Assembly: GCA_964270895.1 (NCBI GenBank)
Contig: OZ185435.1
From: Podarcis filfolensis
Taxonomy: Eukaryota
Strand: one strand, 5' to 3'
DNA: 64,000 nucleotides
This document shows positions 35,691 to 49,399 of this stretch, piece after piece. The position numbers were made by a program, and so were the translations under genes. Every line of letters starts with the position of its first letter. Positions within the stretch are counted from its first letter, which is position 1. The notes under the pieces were generated by a model. The model had not been told where the DNA came from. It did no database searches and saw only the letters and a program-made list of their open reading frames with translations.

Positions 35691-38600
35691 CTGGGAGGGA
35701 GAATGGATGATGATATACTGTAATTGTATGGAGCTTCTCAGTCTGTAGCCCCCAAAATTGAGAAATCTGGGGGGATCGCCTATCTTCTTGGCTGAAGAAG
35801 ATATCTTCAAAATCTTACGGAAATTTCCTAAACTGGAATCTTTTCTCCACAACACGCACCTGGTCCTTTTCTCATTTCACTTCCACTGACCTCCCACCTC
35901 CCTGCTGCCTTGGACCACACATCATCTTCCTTTTGCCTAGCGCTTAACAAAGAGTCACCTGGAGAGGGGTAAATGTTCAAGTTTAGAAAACAGACATGCA
36001 AATGAATAAATGTTTCCCTGGCGGTTGGTAACAGGGAAGTGATCAGATGCCTGGAGTTCTGAAAAAAAGAGGAACTGCGCTCTCTCTGTGAGAATCAACA
36101 TCCTAGCACAGCAGAGGCACTGTGGAATGAGGATTTGTTACCTTCTTGGAGAAACAAGGGGGAAGGCAGGGGCCTTAGCCAGGAAGAACCACCAGAGCAG
36201 GCTCTCTGGCAAAATATGCACAGAGTGCGTTCTTTGGGAGAGACACCGTCCAGGGACAGTGCAGGGTCTTGCGCTGATTAGTGCTTACAGCAGGGGTGGG
36301 GAAACCTTTCCAACCCAAGGGACACATTACTTCACATGCAACCATGTGGGGTATGTGTGTGTGTGTGTATGTGTAGACGTGCATGTGCCAGCGGTAGGCT
36401 TGGACAAGAAGCAAACATGGGCAAAGTAAGGGATGTGACTCACCTTTCTACAATGGGCTTTATTCCAGCTGCACAAATATTAGAGGGCTCAACACACACA
36501 CACAGACACCCCAGGCACAGCTCCCCATCCTGCATCCATGCAAGCAAGAGGTTTTGCCACAGTTCAAAGACACATGCCAGCCAGGCAAAAGCACATGGGG
36601 GGGGGGGCGGCATGGTATAGGGGAGGGGTGAGCAGGGTGGCCTGGGAAAAGTTCCAAGAGCTTGAAGGTCTGTGTTAGACTCCTGGGCCTGAGTTTCTTC
36701 ACCCTTAGTCTTTTTAGGTGGGCCTCATAAAAGTTGTGGTAAGGATCCCTGTTTCTCTAGCATAAACACTGGATCCCTGCTTGAGAACCAGGATCCTTTT
36801 TCAGCCCTTCATTTTTATTTAAAAAAAACCATTTTGCTTCTTTGCCCCATTCTTGGGTAACCTTAAGTATGGTTTCCAGAGGGGTCACTGTCTGTTGCAG
36901 CATAAACAGCAAATAGCTTTGTGCTTACCCCACATCTTAAAGGCTGGCAAATTTATTATGGCACGTGCTTTTGTGAACCAGAGTGTACTTTGTCTGATAC
37001 AGCTACAAGGCTTGCTGACTATGCATGTATTCTTCTCATATCAGGAGAAGAAGGCAGAAAACTGATAGCAGCAAAGGTGCTCTGATATCCAGGTGTCTGC
37101 TCTTACATCTGCGGGATGCAGCATGAATAGGGAGCAGCTCTCTCCAACAGCTGGCTTTAAAGGCAGAACAGGCCATGAAGATTTGCTTCATACTACGGCC
37201 CGTAACAACTTCTTGCCTTACTCTGCTACGAAACTCTATGTCAGTTACAGAACTGTATTCAGCCTGTGACCCCAATCTTAGAACTGAAACTACAGAGCTG
37301 ACCTCATGGCTATAGGCTACAACATCCAGCCTAATTTTGGCACCTTTATCTTTTCTCCCCCACCCCAATTTGTGTAACATCTTTCCTGATTAAGAGTTCT
37401 GGAGACCTCAAAACTTGCCATGATTTTGTGGCCTTTGGGCTGGTTCCCCCAAAAGGAACTGTCCAGCTGTGGATTTTGGATTGTGCTTATGGACCAAAAC
37501 AGCTACCTTTATATTTATGTACTTCTTGTGAATTTCCCTAGGAGGCAGCAGAGTGCCAGAGCTGGCTCTAGTACTATAGTCTTAGGAAAAGATGCAGGCC
37601 TGGGCAAGGGGCAGGGGGAGTGTTTAGGTAACTTGCAATTACCCTACACATGCACTGAGGAATATGATGCTTATTTCACTTTGGTGGTTCTTAAGTGTCA
37701 CAAGGAACCACATTATCTCTTACCTTTAGTGACTGGAAAATCCTCTTTTTAGCACAGTGCTGCCAATTTATAAAGCATGGTGCAGGGCCAGGCAATAACT
37801 AGTTAATTCCACACCATGATTTCAAGAAGGGGAATGGGCACTTTACTATCTAGTATAAATAATGGGCAATCTCCACGCAGGCAGCATGAGGCTTCAAAAG
37901 CAGGTTTGCCCATTGGAAGGGAGGCCTACTGATCCTTCCATCCCAGGGCTTACTGTGCTTCAGAGCTGCTGTTAGTGGGGGGAGTGGTAAACAGCAAGTA
38001 CAATGCAGGGCGGCCAGTGAAGGAGGTGGTTGTGAGTGAGCCAGTCCCAGGTATCAAAAGGTTTGCAACATTTTCTCCCCTCACGCTTTTTTTTGGGGGG
38101 GGAGGGTACTTTTACCAACTGCATTACAGTGAGAAGTGTAGTAGACTCAACCTGGTGCCTTCCATGTTTTCAAATACAACCCGCATCATACCCAATCTGT
38201 GTGGTCAATGGCCAGGATGCTATCAGTTGTTGATCAAACAACCTGGAAGGCAAAGGCTACAGTAGAGGAAGGCTCTTCCATCACTGCATCCTCCATGCTC
38301 AGAAAGGCTTGATCTGATTAATCTGTTGGACGTGCACAGAAGCCCCTTGGCATCAAAAAACCTGAACTGGTCAGTGGGCAGGGAAAGCCAATGTGATGAC
38401 TTCCTGAAGTTGCTGTACAACAACTCCCATCAGTCCCACCCAGCTTGGCCAGTGTTCAAAGGTGATGACATCTTGTTGGCTTTGACTCAGGGGCACCAAC
38501 TTCTCCGTGCAGATGGACACTTCCTGCTAGACAAGACTCCAGTTGCTAGAAAAAGCTGAGCAGGCTGCTGGAAGGGAAACAGCAGGCAAGCCATGAAATG

Positions 38601-39465
38601 AAGATGTTGCAGAAGCACAAAAGATGTATAGCCCTGGGCAAGAAAGGCACTACAAATTACTGAAAGGGTGGTGGTGATTTCAACTGGGTGTCTTGCCTAA
38701 CCTTCTGAAGTAAAAGTGCGTTCTGACAGCCCAGGAATGGAAAACATGTGGCCCTCCAGATGTTGTTGGGCTCTCAACTCACTCCAGCCCTGCTGTAGTC
38801 CAGGGGTGGGGAACCTGAGGCCTGCAAGATACCATTGGACTACAACTCCCATTATTCCTGGCCATTGACCATTGTTCAACAACATTTGTAGGGCCACAGG
38901 TTCCTCATCCCTGTGCCAGCACAAAGCCACCGCTAGTTGTAGGAAGGACAGAAATGTTTCCTAGATCAACCCAAACTACTCTATTTATTCTGCAACTGCA
39001 ATTGCAACAAGAATGTGGTATCTACTCCATGCACAAACACACATACTATGCATGACCCAAATCAGCCATTACACCACCAGTTCATTTCTGCTTGCCTTTC
39101 TGAGTATGAACTTATGCAGCCGAACAACAATGCCAAGCCAGGAAGAGGTAATATCAAAGCTTCTAACTGCACCAGAGACAGACGCATTTCATCCGAGCTG
39201 GCTTGAAGAGGTGGAAAATATGCCAGACTTTGGGAGATACATTGCTTCATAAAGAATACAATTTCAGCGGTGCATTTTTATTGTTTTTATTTTATTGCCA
39301 CTTGTAAACCTGGTTCCTCTCTATGCACCCTAAGTCAAATATCAGCATGTGGTGAAGCTGGAGAATCTTTTCCAATAGACCTTCTGCACACTGAATTTAC
39401 AGGGACACAAACAGATGTTCAGGCCTGCTAGGTAAAAGCAAGGATATTAGCTCATTAGTAAGATA

Positions 39466-39663
39466 CAGTCGTACCTTGGCTCTCAAATGCCTCAGCTCCC
39501 AAACGATCAAAACACGGAAGTGAGTGTTCTGGTTTTTGAACGATTTTCAGAAGCCAAACGTCCAGCACGGCTTCCAATCGGCTGCAGGACATTGGTTTCC
39601 AAACATTTTGGAAGTCGAACAGACTTTGGGAACAGATTCCGTTTGACTTCCAAGGTACGACTG
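39466..39663. mobile_element. Tc1/mariner MITE (CAGTCGTACCT-type)
   Basis: TIRs CAGTCGTACCTTGG...CCAAGGTACGACTG; TA target-site duplication. Confidence 0.85.
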
Positions 39664-42600
39664 TATATTTAAAATAATATTAGGAACAAGCTGAAGTATA
39701 TCACCTCATAATGAAGGGTGTGCAACTGAAGCAGGTTCTCAACAAAGTTCATCAGCCATCACAAATGGAAACCGGAAGACACAAAATCCCATCACCCCGT
39801 CCTACACCCAAACCAAAAGAGCAAAGGCTTAGCATTCAACTCAACCGAGGAGACCACACTTTCTTCCACACTCCTCATCCAATAAGGGGAAGGGTGTACA
39901 AGATATTTCCTCAAACAGTCTTAGGGTTAGCAAAACTTTTCATAAAAATGGGGTGTGGAGAAGTAATTAATAATCCTGGGCGAATGAAGCACGTTTGCAG
40001 CTCGTACATTGCTGAGTGAAATGCTTGTGAACCGAAGATGGTCTGGAATAGGGGATCAAATCCCCATTTTGTTTGGACCATTTTGGATGGGACAAGCTTA
40101 TAACTATGGAGACAGGTGATGGCATTATGCAGTTTGTCTTCCCAATAAAGTTAACATTTAATAATAAACAAGCAAACCATGATCGAACGTCATCATTAAC
40201 ATTGCTGCTGCTGCTGTTTTTATTGTTGTGGTTGAAGTTAGAGTTAGGAGGATCTTAGAGATACCAGGGTCTAAATGATATCCACTTAGAGCAGACCACA
40301 TCTACTACAAAGTCAGCGGCCACTGTCCAAGCTATTGGAAGAGGCAGCTATTGCATTGCATTGTCCTTGCCTGTTCTCAGCTTGCAGTCAGAAACATTTT
40401 ACATTAGGAATGCCAGCCAGTGGGCAGCTTTGACTGGGATAGCAATGCCCTTTAGGCAATCCCCTTCTCTTCTGGTGGGAGCAGGTGTCACAGGTCCCCA
40501 GTGTGATCCTGTGAAAGCCTCTCACACCCCCTTAATCTCATTCCACCGGAGCAAGGGCACAGCTGGTGTGAACACGATCCTATCTCAAGGGAGCCAGGCC
40601 TAATTCCTACAAAAGCAACATGGAGAGGGGGTGGAAACAAGTCCAGAAAAGGTCACTGATTGAAAATGCAGAAGAACAGAGCTGAGCAATGCTCAAGCCC
40701 CTCTCTCTTCCAGCACTGTCAGAGCAACGCAGCACACGTTTGTAGCCAGACAATGCGTCCAGTAATGTTGACATGTGTTGTAATCTGGTTTTTAGCAGAC
40801 TTTAAAGTTTATTATTTCTGAATATTTTTAAAGTAGTTGTATCTAACTGGGTTTATAAAAAACAACCACCACCACCACCACACACAACCTGACTATTTTA
40901 TTATTTTATTTTTGGAAATCTCTTTGAGGTTATATTGCAATGAAGCAGTATAGAAATCCTGTGAAATAAAAAGATAATAGTTGCAAACTGGTTTTTGCTT
41001 TTGTTTAAATAAGAACCCAACACAGTTTTATTGCTTTTATTCATATGAAGAGCACTACAAAAGCAAACCAGCAAATCACAGAAGTCTCTAGCATAAAGTA
41101 ACAGTTGTTACAGGAACATCAGTAGAGGACTGCAGAACAGTTCAAGTTGTGAAATTATTTCTTTCCTGCACAGGCATTCCTTCAAATTCATTTCTACCAC
41201 AAACACATGCTCCTGGGGCAGATAAGAAAGATTTGCAGGATCTGTTTATCTTGAGGTCCAAATCTGAAGATTGGCTGGAGCCTATCTCATGACACACATT
41301 CAAGTAGATGTCCTTTGAGCAAGCAGAATGCACATTCACAACCCACCATGAAGAGAGTGGACACATTGCAACAAGTAGCAACAGCTAAATAAAACCTCTC
41401 TTGCACAACAAATCCACTCCCTCCTGCCTGCCCTGGCAAAGAAAAAAGTCAAACTTTTGAGGGGTAAGAAAAGCAACAGAAAACTACAGTACAGGGGAAA
41501 AGCAAAGGATAGTAACACCTTGATGGCAACATCGCATAACCTTCACGCAACTCTTACGGAAATAAATCAGGCAGATTGCCCATTGCACGCTTGGTCTGGC
41601 AGAAACCAGAACCCATCCTCACATTGGGGATTCATGAACTGACACATTTTAATAGCCATGCAAGCTGATCAACATGAATACAGTAAGCCTGCAACTTGCA
41701 TGCATTTAACTTGTGTGCATTCAGCTTTACATGAATGGAGGGAAAGTTAAATACATAAGAAGGGGGAACAGAAAAGGGAGGGGTTCTGGAAAAAATTTAT
41801 TTGGCAATCCCACCCACCACTGAACACAACGGGTTTTGACTATACAGTACATGATTTTGGCTTTAGGCCCGATCCCCAGAATGTAACACCTGTGTAAGTT
41901 GTGGGGCTATCGTAAGATATTAACCTCCAAAAACTTCCTTTCCCTGCAGCCGGTTAATAAAATATTGAAGCAAATCTTACTCAAAGTAACATGACTGCCA
42001 TGGAATATGTCTGAGATTATAGCAGGGGTGGGGAACTAGATGTTGGTGGATTTCAACTCTCATGTCCTCAGCTAGCATTGCCGAACACCATAAATGATGA
42101 GAAATGTGGCCTAGCAGCATCTGCAGTGTTGTAAGTTCCTTGTCTCTGGATTGTGGGATGACTCAGATAAGTTGGATTCCTTTGCCTACAGCTCTGCACA
42201 AATAAGATAGATATTTGCGTGCAGAGCTCTAGAGCAACAGCTGCAAAGCAAAACTATACGCCACAGATGTTAACCATCCAGAGGACAATTCTCAGTTTTG
42301 AGGAGTCACCTCAACTAATGCAACCACAATTCCATGCATTACTAAGCGCTAAAAGATCAAAACCTAAACCCAAAGGAAATGCAATCCACTCTTATGCATC
42401 ATTACCATGCAAGGCTAGACAATCTCCTGATTTGCTGAGACAGGCGAGAAACCGTAACACACACAAAAATGAGTTCCCCACCACAGCTAACTAAGGCAGA
42501 TTCATCAAAGCATACATTCCAGAGGGGTATCCCTGTTAAGTCTTATGGCAGCAAAAACAGCAAAGAGTTTTGCGTCACCTTAAAGCCTTATCGTGGCATA

Positions 42601-44429
42601 AGATTTCATGGGTTAGAGAGTTCACATCTGATGTTGTGGGCTTTAGTCCAAAAAAAGCTTATGCCACGATAAATCTACAATCTTCTAGATGCCACAAGTC
42701 TCTCGGTTGTTCTTTCATAACAGTACAGATTTGGACTGTAGGAGTTACTATTGGAAACCATTAGAAAAACTGGAAGAATCGTGGTCAGAAACGGATTTGT
42801 AAATATGGCTATGGGCGTGGAAAGAGTTGGTATTTTTCATTTATCTCAGACTTCATATACATTTTGCAGTCTGAGTGAAACAGTACTGTACTCAGTAACA
42901 TAAAAATATTATCACTATGCTCAGGATGTCAGACTGCAGAGGTCTTGGGTTCAAATCCCCACTCAACCATGAAGCTTACTGGATGGCCTTATGCCAAACC
43001 TACCTGTTAGGGTTCTTGTGAGGATAAAATGGAAACAGGGGAAATTATGTAAGCCACTTGGAATTCCTTGGAAGAAATCTGGGAAATATATGCAAGAAAT
43101 CAACAAAACAAACCATAGGAGAAAGTGTATGGCTTGGTTAGTGTGCCAAAAAGAAAGAAAGAAATAGGCAGAGGGATAAATCTTTTGTTCTAAGATCTCC
43201 AAAATTAGGAATTTCAAGATTGGACAACATCTCCCAAGGACCAGAAAAGGAGGCCTGCAGTTCAAAGGGCACAGCACCTCCCATGGATGCAAAAGGTCCC
43301 AGGTTCAGTCACCAGCACCTCCAGATAGGCCTGGGGACAGCTTGGCTGAAATCCCGGAAAGCTGCTGCTTGTTGGTGCAGACAACATTGAGGTAGATGGA
43401 ATAATGGCACGACTCGCTACAAAACCATTCCCTATGCTCTGATCGAAAGGAGATATGGGAGAGCTATCAAAAATCGGAGAGCGCGCTTCATGCAAAATGA
43501 TCCTAGACTGGGAAAAGGATGAGCAATCAACCTAGAGGCAATCATAGAATCGTGCATCTGGGGAGATCCCACCCCAAATATGGCGCATGAAGCCATCATG
43601 AGTAAGGTAGGTGTTGCCCGCAGGCAGAAGCTCCTGTCTATTTATATTTTGATAAAGCAGGTCTGACTCATATGGAGCTAGTGACATCATTGAATCGAAG
43701 TTGTTCATTCAGGGCATGTCTCATCTACTGGCAAGCTTACACACCTTGAGATATGGGTGGGTTACGCACAGACATAGCACACATTTCCTGCTGCGCTTCC
43801 TGCAGCCCCCAGCAGAATGGGAAATTCCCTCTTGGCTGCTTCCTGCTGAGGGTGTGGGGGGGGAGCATAGGTGCTGTCCTATGGTGGGGGACTGCAGGGG
43901 GGGGATGCATTTGGACTGAGATGGAAGAAGTCCATGAGTGCCTCTCAGTGCTCCAGTTCAGGTGAATCCCTCTTCTCTCCTCTCCTCTCCCTTGCCTCCC
44001 CCTCCCCTTCTTGAATGACCTCATCCAAGGAGCTGCAGCAGGAAGGCAGGAAATGGGTGCTCACCAGACCCTCCTTTGATGTGCTGATCGGTCTGTGTCA
44101 GTGACCAGGCGCATCTCCAGGCCCTTGCCAATCCCAGGCAGACAGGATGGCTCCCTCCCTGCAACAGGAGAGCATCCTAGATAGGGATCGCCTACTTGTC
44201 GTTCAAAATGCTTGATAAGGAGGGGGGCTCCCAGAAGGAAGAAAAAGCTAACCTAGGCAGGAATTGGGAAATAATGACACAGGATCCAACAGAGTCCTGG
44301 ATGATCCTGCTCTTGCCCAAAGCTCTCCCTGCTTTGTCAGTTCTTCAGTCTCCTCTGCATCCGATTTCTACTCTCTGAGGCTTAGGTTTCCTATCCCTGG
44401 CTCTTGATGGTGCATCTAGCCGCTCCCCT

Positions 44430-44540
44430 CCCCTCCCCACCATGCCATCCCTGAGCTCTTTCCCCCATCTTCATCCCTCCCTCCAATTTAAGCGCTTCAA
44501 ATCTCTCCTCAAAACCCACCTATTTATTAGAACTCTGGCA
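44430..44540 (+). mobile_element. L2 LINE 3' fragment
   Basis: Encodes FKSLLKTHLF, characteristic of the L2 ORF2 end. Confidence 0.65.
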
Positions 44541-46079
44541 GAACCATGGGCAGTACTGGGGGGGAGCACCCCCCCCAAAGGAGCTCCTCCCCCAATTGTA
44601 GACTGTTATTTTTCTTTCAGAGTTCTTAATATGTGGAACACAACTCATACACATAGAAATATATTTTGCCTCTTCTATACCCACCCACCCTTTTTTTTCT
44701 GGTGCCACCACAAGGCGCAACTCCTTCGCTGGCATACCCTATCTCTATAACTCTGTAATTTAAGCCTAAACACATCTAACTTAAACAATCACTTATTGCT
44801 TTCCTAATCACTGTGCCCCCTTCCCAGCTTTCCCTTCCTTGGTCATTTCCTTGCTTCCTAGCAGATCCACAGCACACATTCAAAGCACATTCAATGCACA
44901 TGAGGTCCTGCAAAGAATCTTGGGAGCTGTAGTTTCCTCTGCACAATTCCCAGGACCCTTAATTTTTAGACTGTAAGTCCCTGAAAGCAGGGACCTTCCC
45001 TCTTATGCTCAGTAAGGCATCACACACCCTGGTGTGCTGCGTGTCTGATTTCCACAATGATTCAGTGATGAAAGTCCCAGTCACAGGAAAAGAGTCAAGA
45101 GAAACAGAATGAGTTTCAGTGTTTCAGGTTACAGTGGAAATGGCCTTGGATAGAAGCCAGTGTTTTGCCACCAGGCACTTAGACTGAGGTCCTCTTGGCT
45201 ACCTCCAGTTGTGGCTTTGTGGAGGAAATGGGAATGGCCTGATCAATGACTGTAACATTCCAGTTCTTTCACTATGGTGTGCCCTACCCTCTCATTCATG
45301 GGCATTTGGCGGGGGGGGGACAGCCCATTTTTCTCTTTACAGACCAGAAGAGAGATAAAGAGAGAGGGGGGGATCATGTTTCCCTTTTTGGGTTTTGTAG
45401 CTTATGTCGTTATCCATCTAAAGCCGCAATCTGACATACTACTAGCCTCTGCACCTAGCAGATTCCAGATAGAAGTCTCAGCTCTGGGGAATGTGGGACA
45501 AAGGGAACAGAATGTTTCCGTTCTTTTCCAGAGCTGGCAAAGCAAGTGACAGGAATCCCAGCAGCAGTGTTTTCTGTTCACTCCTTTGGCACACAAACAT
45601 CTCCATACCTGCTGAAAGACATCTGTGCCAGAGCCTCATTCCTGGCATTCTGAGGAACTGCACCACAGTCTGGAGGGTTTTTCTGGAAGCAAAACTCCTG
45701 AGATATAACTAGAATCATGTGCCAAATTTTGCAGCCAGACCCTAAACTAGCTATGCTCTCAATCTATGGGACCCAATATAAATTTACACCTCTCAAAGAC
45801 CTTAATGCCTTTCTTATCACTGCAGACATGGAGAGATATTTGAAGAATTGGTGTTCAAAAGGGTGTGGCACTTATGTAGCTCTTTCTGAAGAACTGACCC
45901 ACTAGGGTCAGAGTGCTCAGGGGGTGCTGCCATACAAGACTAATTCTATGAGACTTCCTAGCATTCATCACGCATCACCATGAGCGTTAACTGGTGGAAT
46001 CTCCAGTAATCTCATGCACCTTTTTGGAAAGACACTCTCATCTGATTTCACAAAGCTACTCTGTTCTCATCTACACAAA

Positions 46080-46170
46080 TATATATATATATTTATATAT
46101 GCTATATATATATGCTACATATATTTATATATGCTATATATATATGCTACATATATATGCTATATATATA
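46080..46170. repeat. AT-rich compound minisatellite (ATATATGCTA[C/T] units)
   Basis: Direct reading. Confidence 0.9.
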
Positions 46171-46546
46171 GCCTGGAGTCTGTATTGCTCTAATATACCA
46201 TTTGTTCTCCTATTTTGTTGTATTCTAGGGATGGGAAACATGTGGCTCTCCAGATGTTGTTGGACAGCAACTTTCATCACCTCTGCCACTGCCCATGCAA
46301 TTGGTATTCAGAAGCATACTACCTCTGACTGCGGAGGTGGAATGAGGAATCAGACTCAGTAGCCATTGGCAGCTTTATCATCTTAAGAATTCATCTAACC
46401 CTCATTTATACCCATCCAAGTCTGTGGTGATCACTGACTCCTGTGGGAGCAAATTCCATCATTTAACTATATGCTGTTTGAAGAAGTACTTTATTTTGGA
46501 TGCCCGGAATCTTCCAACATTCAGCTTCACTGGAAGCCCCCAAACA

Positions 46547-46722
46547 CCAGTTGGTGAGAGCATGGTGCTGATAATGCCAAGGTTGCAGGTTCGATCCCCG
46601 TATGGGACACTGCATATCCATTCCTGCAATGCAAGGGGTTGGACTAGATGATCCTTAGGGTCCCTTCCAACTTGACAGTTCTATGAAGAGTCGGACACAA
46701 CTAAACAACAACAATGATTCTA
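46547..46722 (+). mobile_element. tRNA-derived SINE with CR1-type tail and a nested short insert
   Basis: B box GGTTCGATCCC, then GGTCCCTTCCAAC...TTCTATGA CR1-like end. Confidence 0.7.
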
Positions 46723-46889
46723 GTGTTATGAGAGATGGAGAAAAACTTTCTCCACACTAGGCATAATTCTATACACTTCTCTCATGCTGCTTTTCATGTG
46801 GCATGTGGGTGTCATGTATAGTGTTGGGTTGTACTTGTTGCTCACAAACATTACCTTGAGGAAGCATCCATACATCTTCATCTCTTATA

Positions 46890-47131
46890 CAGTGGTACCT
46901 CGGGTTAAGTACTTAATTCGTTCCGGAGGTCCGTCCTTAACCTGAAACTGTTTTTAACCTGAAGCACCACTATAGCTAATGGGGCCTCTTGCTGCTGCCG
47001 TGCCGCCGGAGCCCGATTTCTGTTCTCATGCTGAAGCAAAGTTCTTAACCTGAAGCACTATTTCTGGGTTAGCGGAGTCTGTAACCTGAAGCATATGTAA
47101 CCTGAAGCGTATGTAACCCGAGGTACCACTG
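46890..47131. mobile_element. Tc1/mariner MITE, same family as 24211, opposite orientation
   Basis: Same TIRs; internal sequence is the reverse complement of 24211-24437. Confidence 0.88.
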
Positions 47132-48105
47132 TCCAAAGAACAACTGAGACATATAAGGGATGAAATAAGTAAGACAGAGGTTACAGAAAGGGAAAGTGTT
47201 ACCATTTCCAACTGGGTATTGTGAATGTCTCTTTTTAAGTCACTAGAGAGGTCGCCTTGAACTGGAGGACTCCTGCTGCAATTTTCCCACAGAGACCCTA
47301 AAACCCCATTAATGGGTTTGCCACATGACTAGTGGCTACGGACAATCACTTCCTGGCTCTGATACAGACACCGAGCAGCAAGCTTTGCATCTCTTTTCAT
47401 CCTTTCTTTCACCAGAACAAAAAGGAGTTCTTGTGGCAGACGCATTTTGGCAGGCGCTTTTCATGGACTTGCAACCCACTCATCAGGTACACGAAGCACC
47501 CATCTTGCTCAGCACAACCACACAAACATGAGTTGCAACACTGAGTCGATTAATAGATTAATTGGTTTAAAATATTTCAATCAATGAATTAGGCAGGAGA
47601 TTTGTAAATGTTTTCAAACAGCCAGTATTTTAAAAAAGATTGTGGTGTACATGCCTGCTGAGAATAGATGTCCCCTCCTCCGAGTAGGGAGGCTGCATTT
47701 TTGAAGAGGATGTCCCACGCAGGTAGCAACTACAAACAATGGGTGCATTGCAAAAATCAGAATGTTTTTCTTGTTATAGGCAAACATATTCAGTTTAAAT
47801 TGATGAATGTATTGCTTAACTAAACAAAACTCAAAATGATTAATCAAATGAGTTTCCTTTAACATGCAACAGCTGCAATATAGATGCAAACTTCTCTCTG
47901 AGTTATGGCATATTGTTGGTGTTTCAATGCCTAATGAAAATATTTTATTTCCCCAAACCTTTGTTGGCAATTATTATCCGTCTGTTTAATCTTTTTGCAT
48001 TGGATTAACTATTATTGTTGTTATTACAGTACAGGTTGCGGTTTTGTGGTAGTTTTTATATTCTGCTGTATGTGATTTTTAAATAAAAAGTGGTATAAAA
48101 ACATA

Positions 48106-48363
48106 CCGTATTTTTCGCTCTATAAGATGCACCAGACCACAAGACGCACCTAGTTTTTGGAGGAGGAAAACAAGAAAAAAATATTCTGAATCTCAGAAGC
48201 CAGAACAGCAAGAGGGATCGCTGTGCAGTGAAAGCAGCAATCCCTCTTACTGTTCTGGCTTCTGTGATAGCTGCACAGCCTGCATTCGCTCCATAAGACG
48301 CACACACATTTCCCCTTACTTTTTAGGAGGGAAAAAGTGAGTCTTATAGAGCAAAAAATACAG
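48106..48363. mobile_element. Tc1/mariner MITE (CCGTATTTTT-type)
   Basis: TIRs CCGTATTTTTCGCTCTATAAGA...TCTTATAGAGCAAAAAATACAG; TA-flanked; related copy at ~14762-14928. Confidence 0.8.
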
Positions 48364-49399
48364 TATTTTAATAAATACATACCAATGCACACACACTAGT
48401 GTGAGCTAACTGCCTTATAATAAACAATAACAACAACAACAATTTATTACTTATACCCCGCCCATCTGGCCGGGCCTCCCCTGTCACTTTGGGCCTTGCC
48501 CATTTTTAATTGTTCCACTTCTTCTCTTGCTGACTTCCAGATATTTTGGACTACAACTCCCAGCATCCCTGATCACTGGCCACACTGGCAGGAACTAATT
48601 GGAGTTGTAGTCCAAAAAAAATAAAAATCAGGCAGGTGGGGAAGAGTGTCCCAAGGCCTCTATTCCATTTCTGAGTGGGTGGGTGACTGTTTCTTGTTTT
48701 CTAAGAGCACATGCATGCGCTTGAACACTATGGCGCCATGCGGTGCACAGCCTGTCCTTTCACACACTACATCTGCTGGTGGATATTTTAAATGCTGAAA
48801 ACATACTGAAGGGCAATTAACACACATACCCCACATATATTTAACCAAAATATTAGAATCCTCTTGTATTGAAATCATTGGAGAGACAAGCTGTTGCAGA
48901 ATAAAGAAATACAACAGGCACATACCCTCCAACATTTCTCCATTGAAAATAAGGACGTCCCTTTCCATAATTATAATTTTACTATTTATACTCCATACAT
49001 CTTACTGGGCTGCCCCAGCAACTCTAGGCAGCTTCCAACATATATAAAACCATAATAAAACATTAAACATTAAAAAAGCTTCCCTACACAGGATTGCCTT
49101 CAGACGGCTTGGGGGGTCGGATAATTCCATACCCTCCAACATTTCTCCAGTGAAAATAGGGACACCCTAAGGAAAAGTGGGACATTGCAAGATCAAATCA
49201 GGAACCGGGACAGCTTCTCTAAATGAGGGATGTTCCTTGAAAATAGGGGCACTTGGAGGGTCTGCAGATCCCACGACAGTGTGTAACAGGTACAGAGAAC
49301 CTGTGGCCTTCCAGGTATTTTTGGAGACTACAACACCCATAATCCCTGATCTTCGGCTAGGCTGACAAATGTGAAAATAAAGAAAATTACCAGCCTGCG

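Noticed and set aside
38223-38600. Coding-looking composition with a good minus-strand acceptor
   Set aside because: All three minus frames hit stops; no consistent exon could be built
44558-44577. G7-AGCA-C-run hairpin
   Set aside because: Short homopolymer palindrome next to an L2 fragment, with no supporting context
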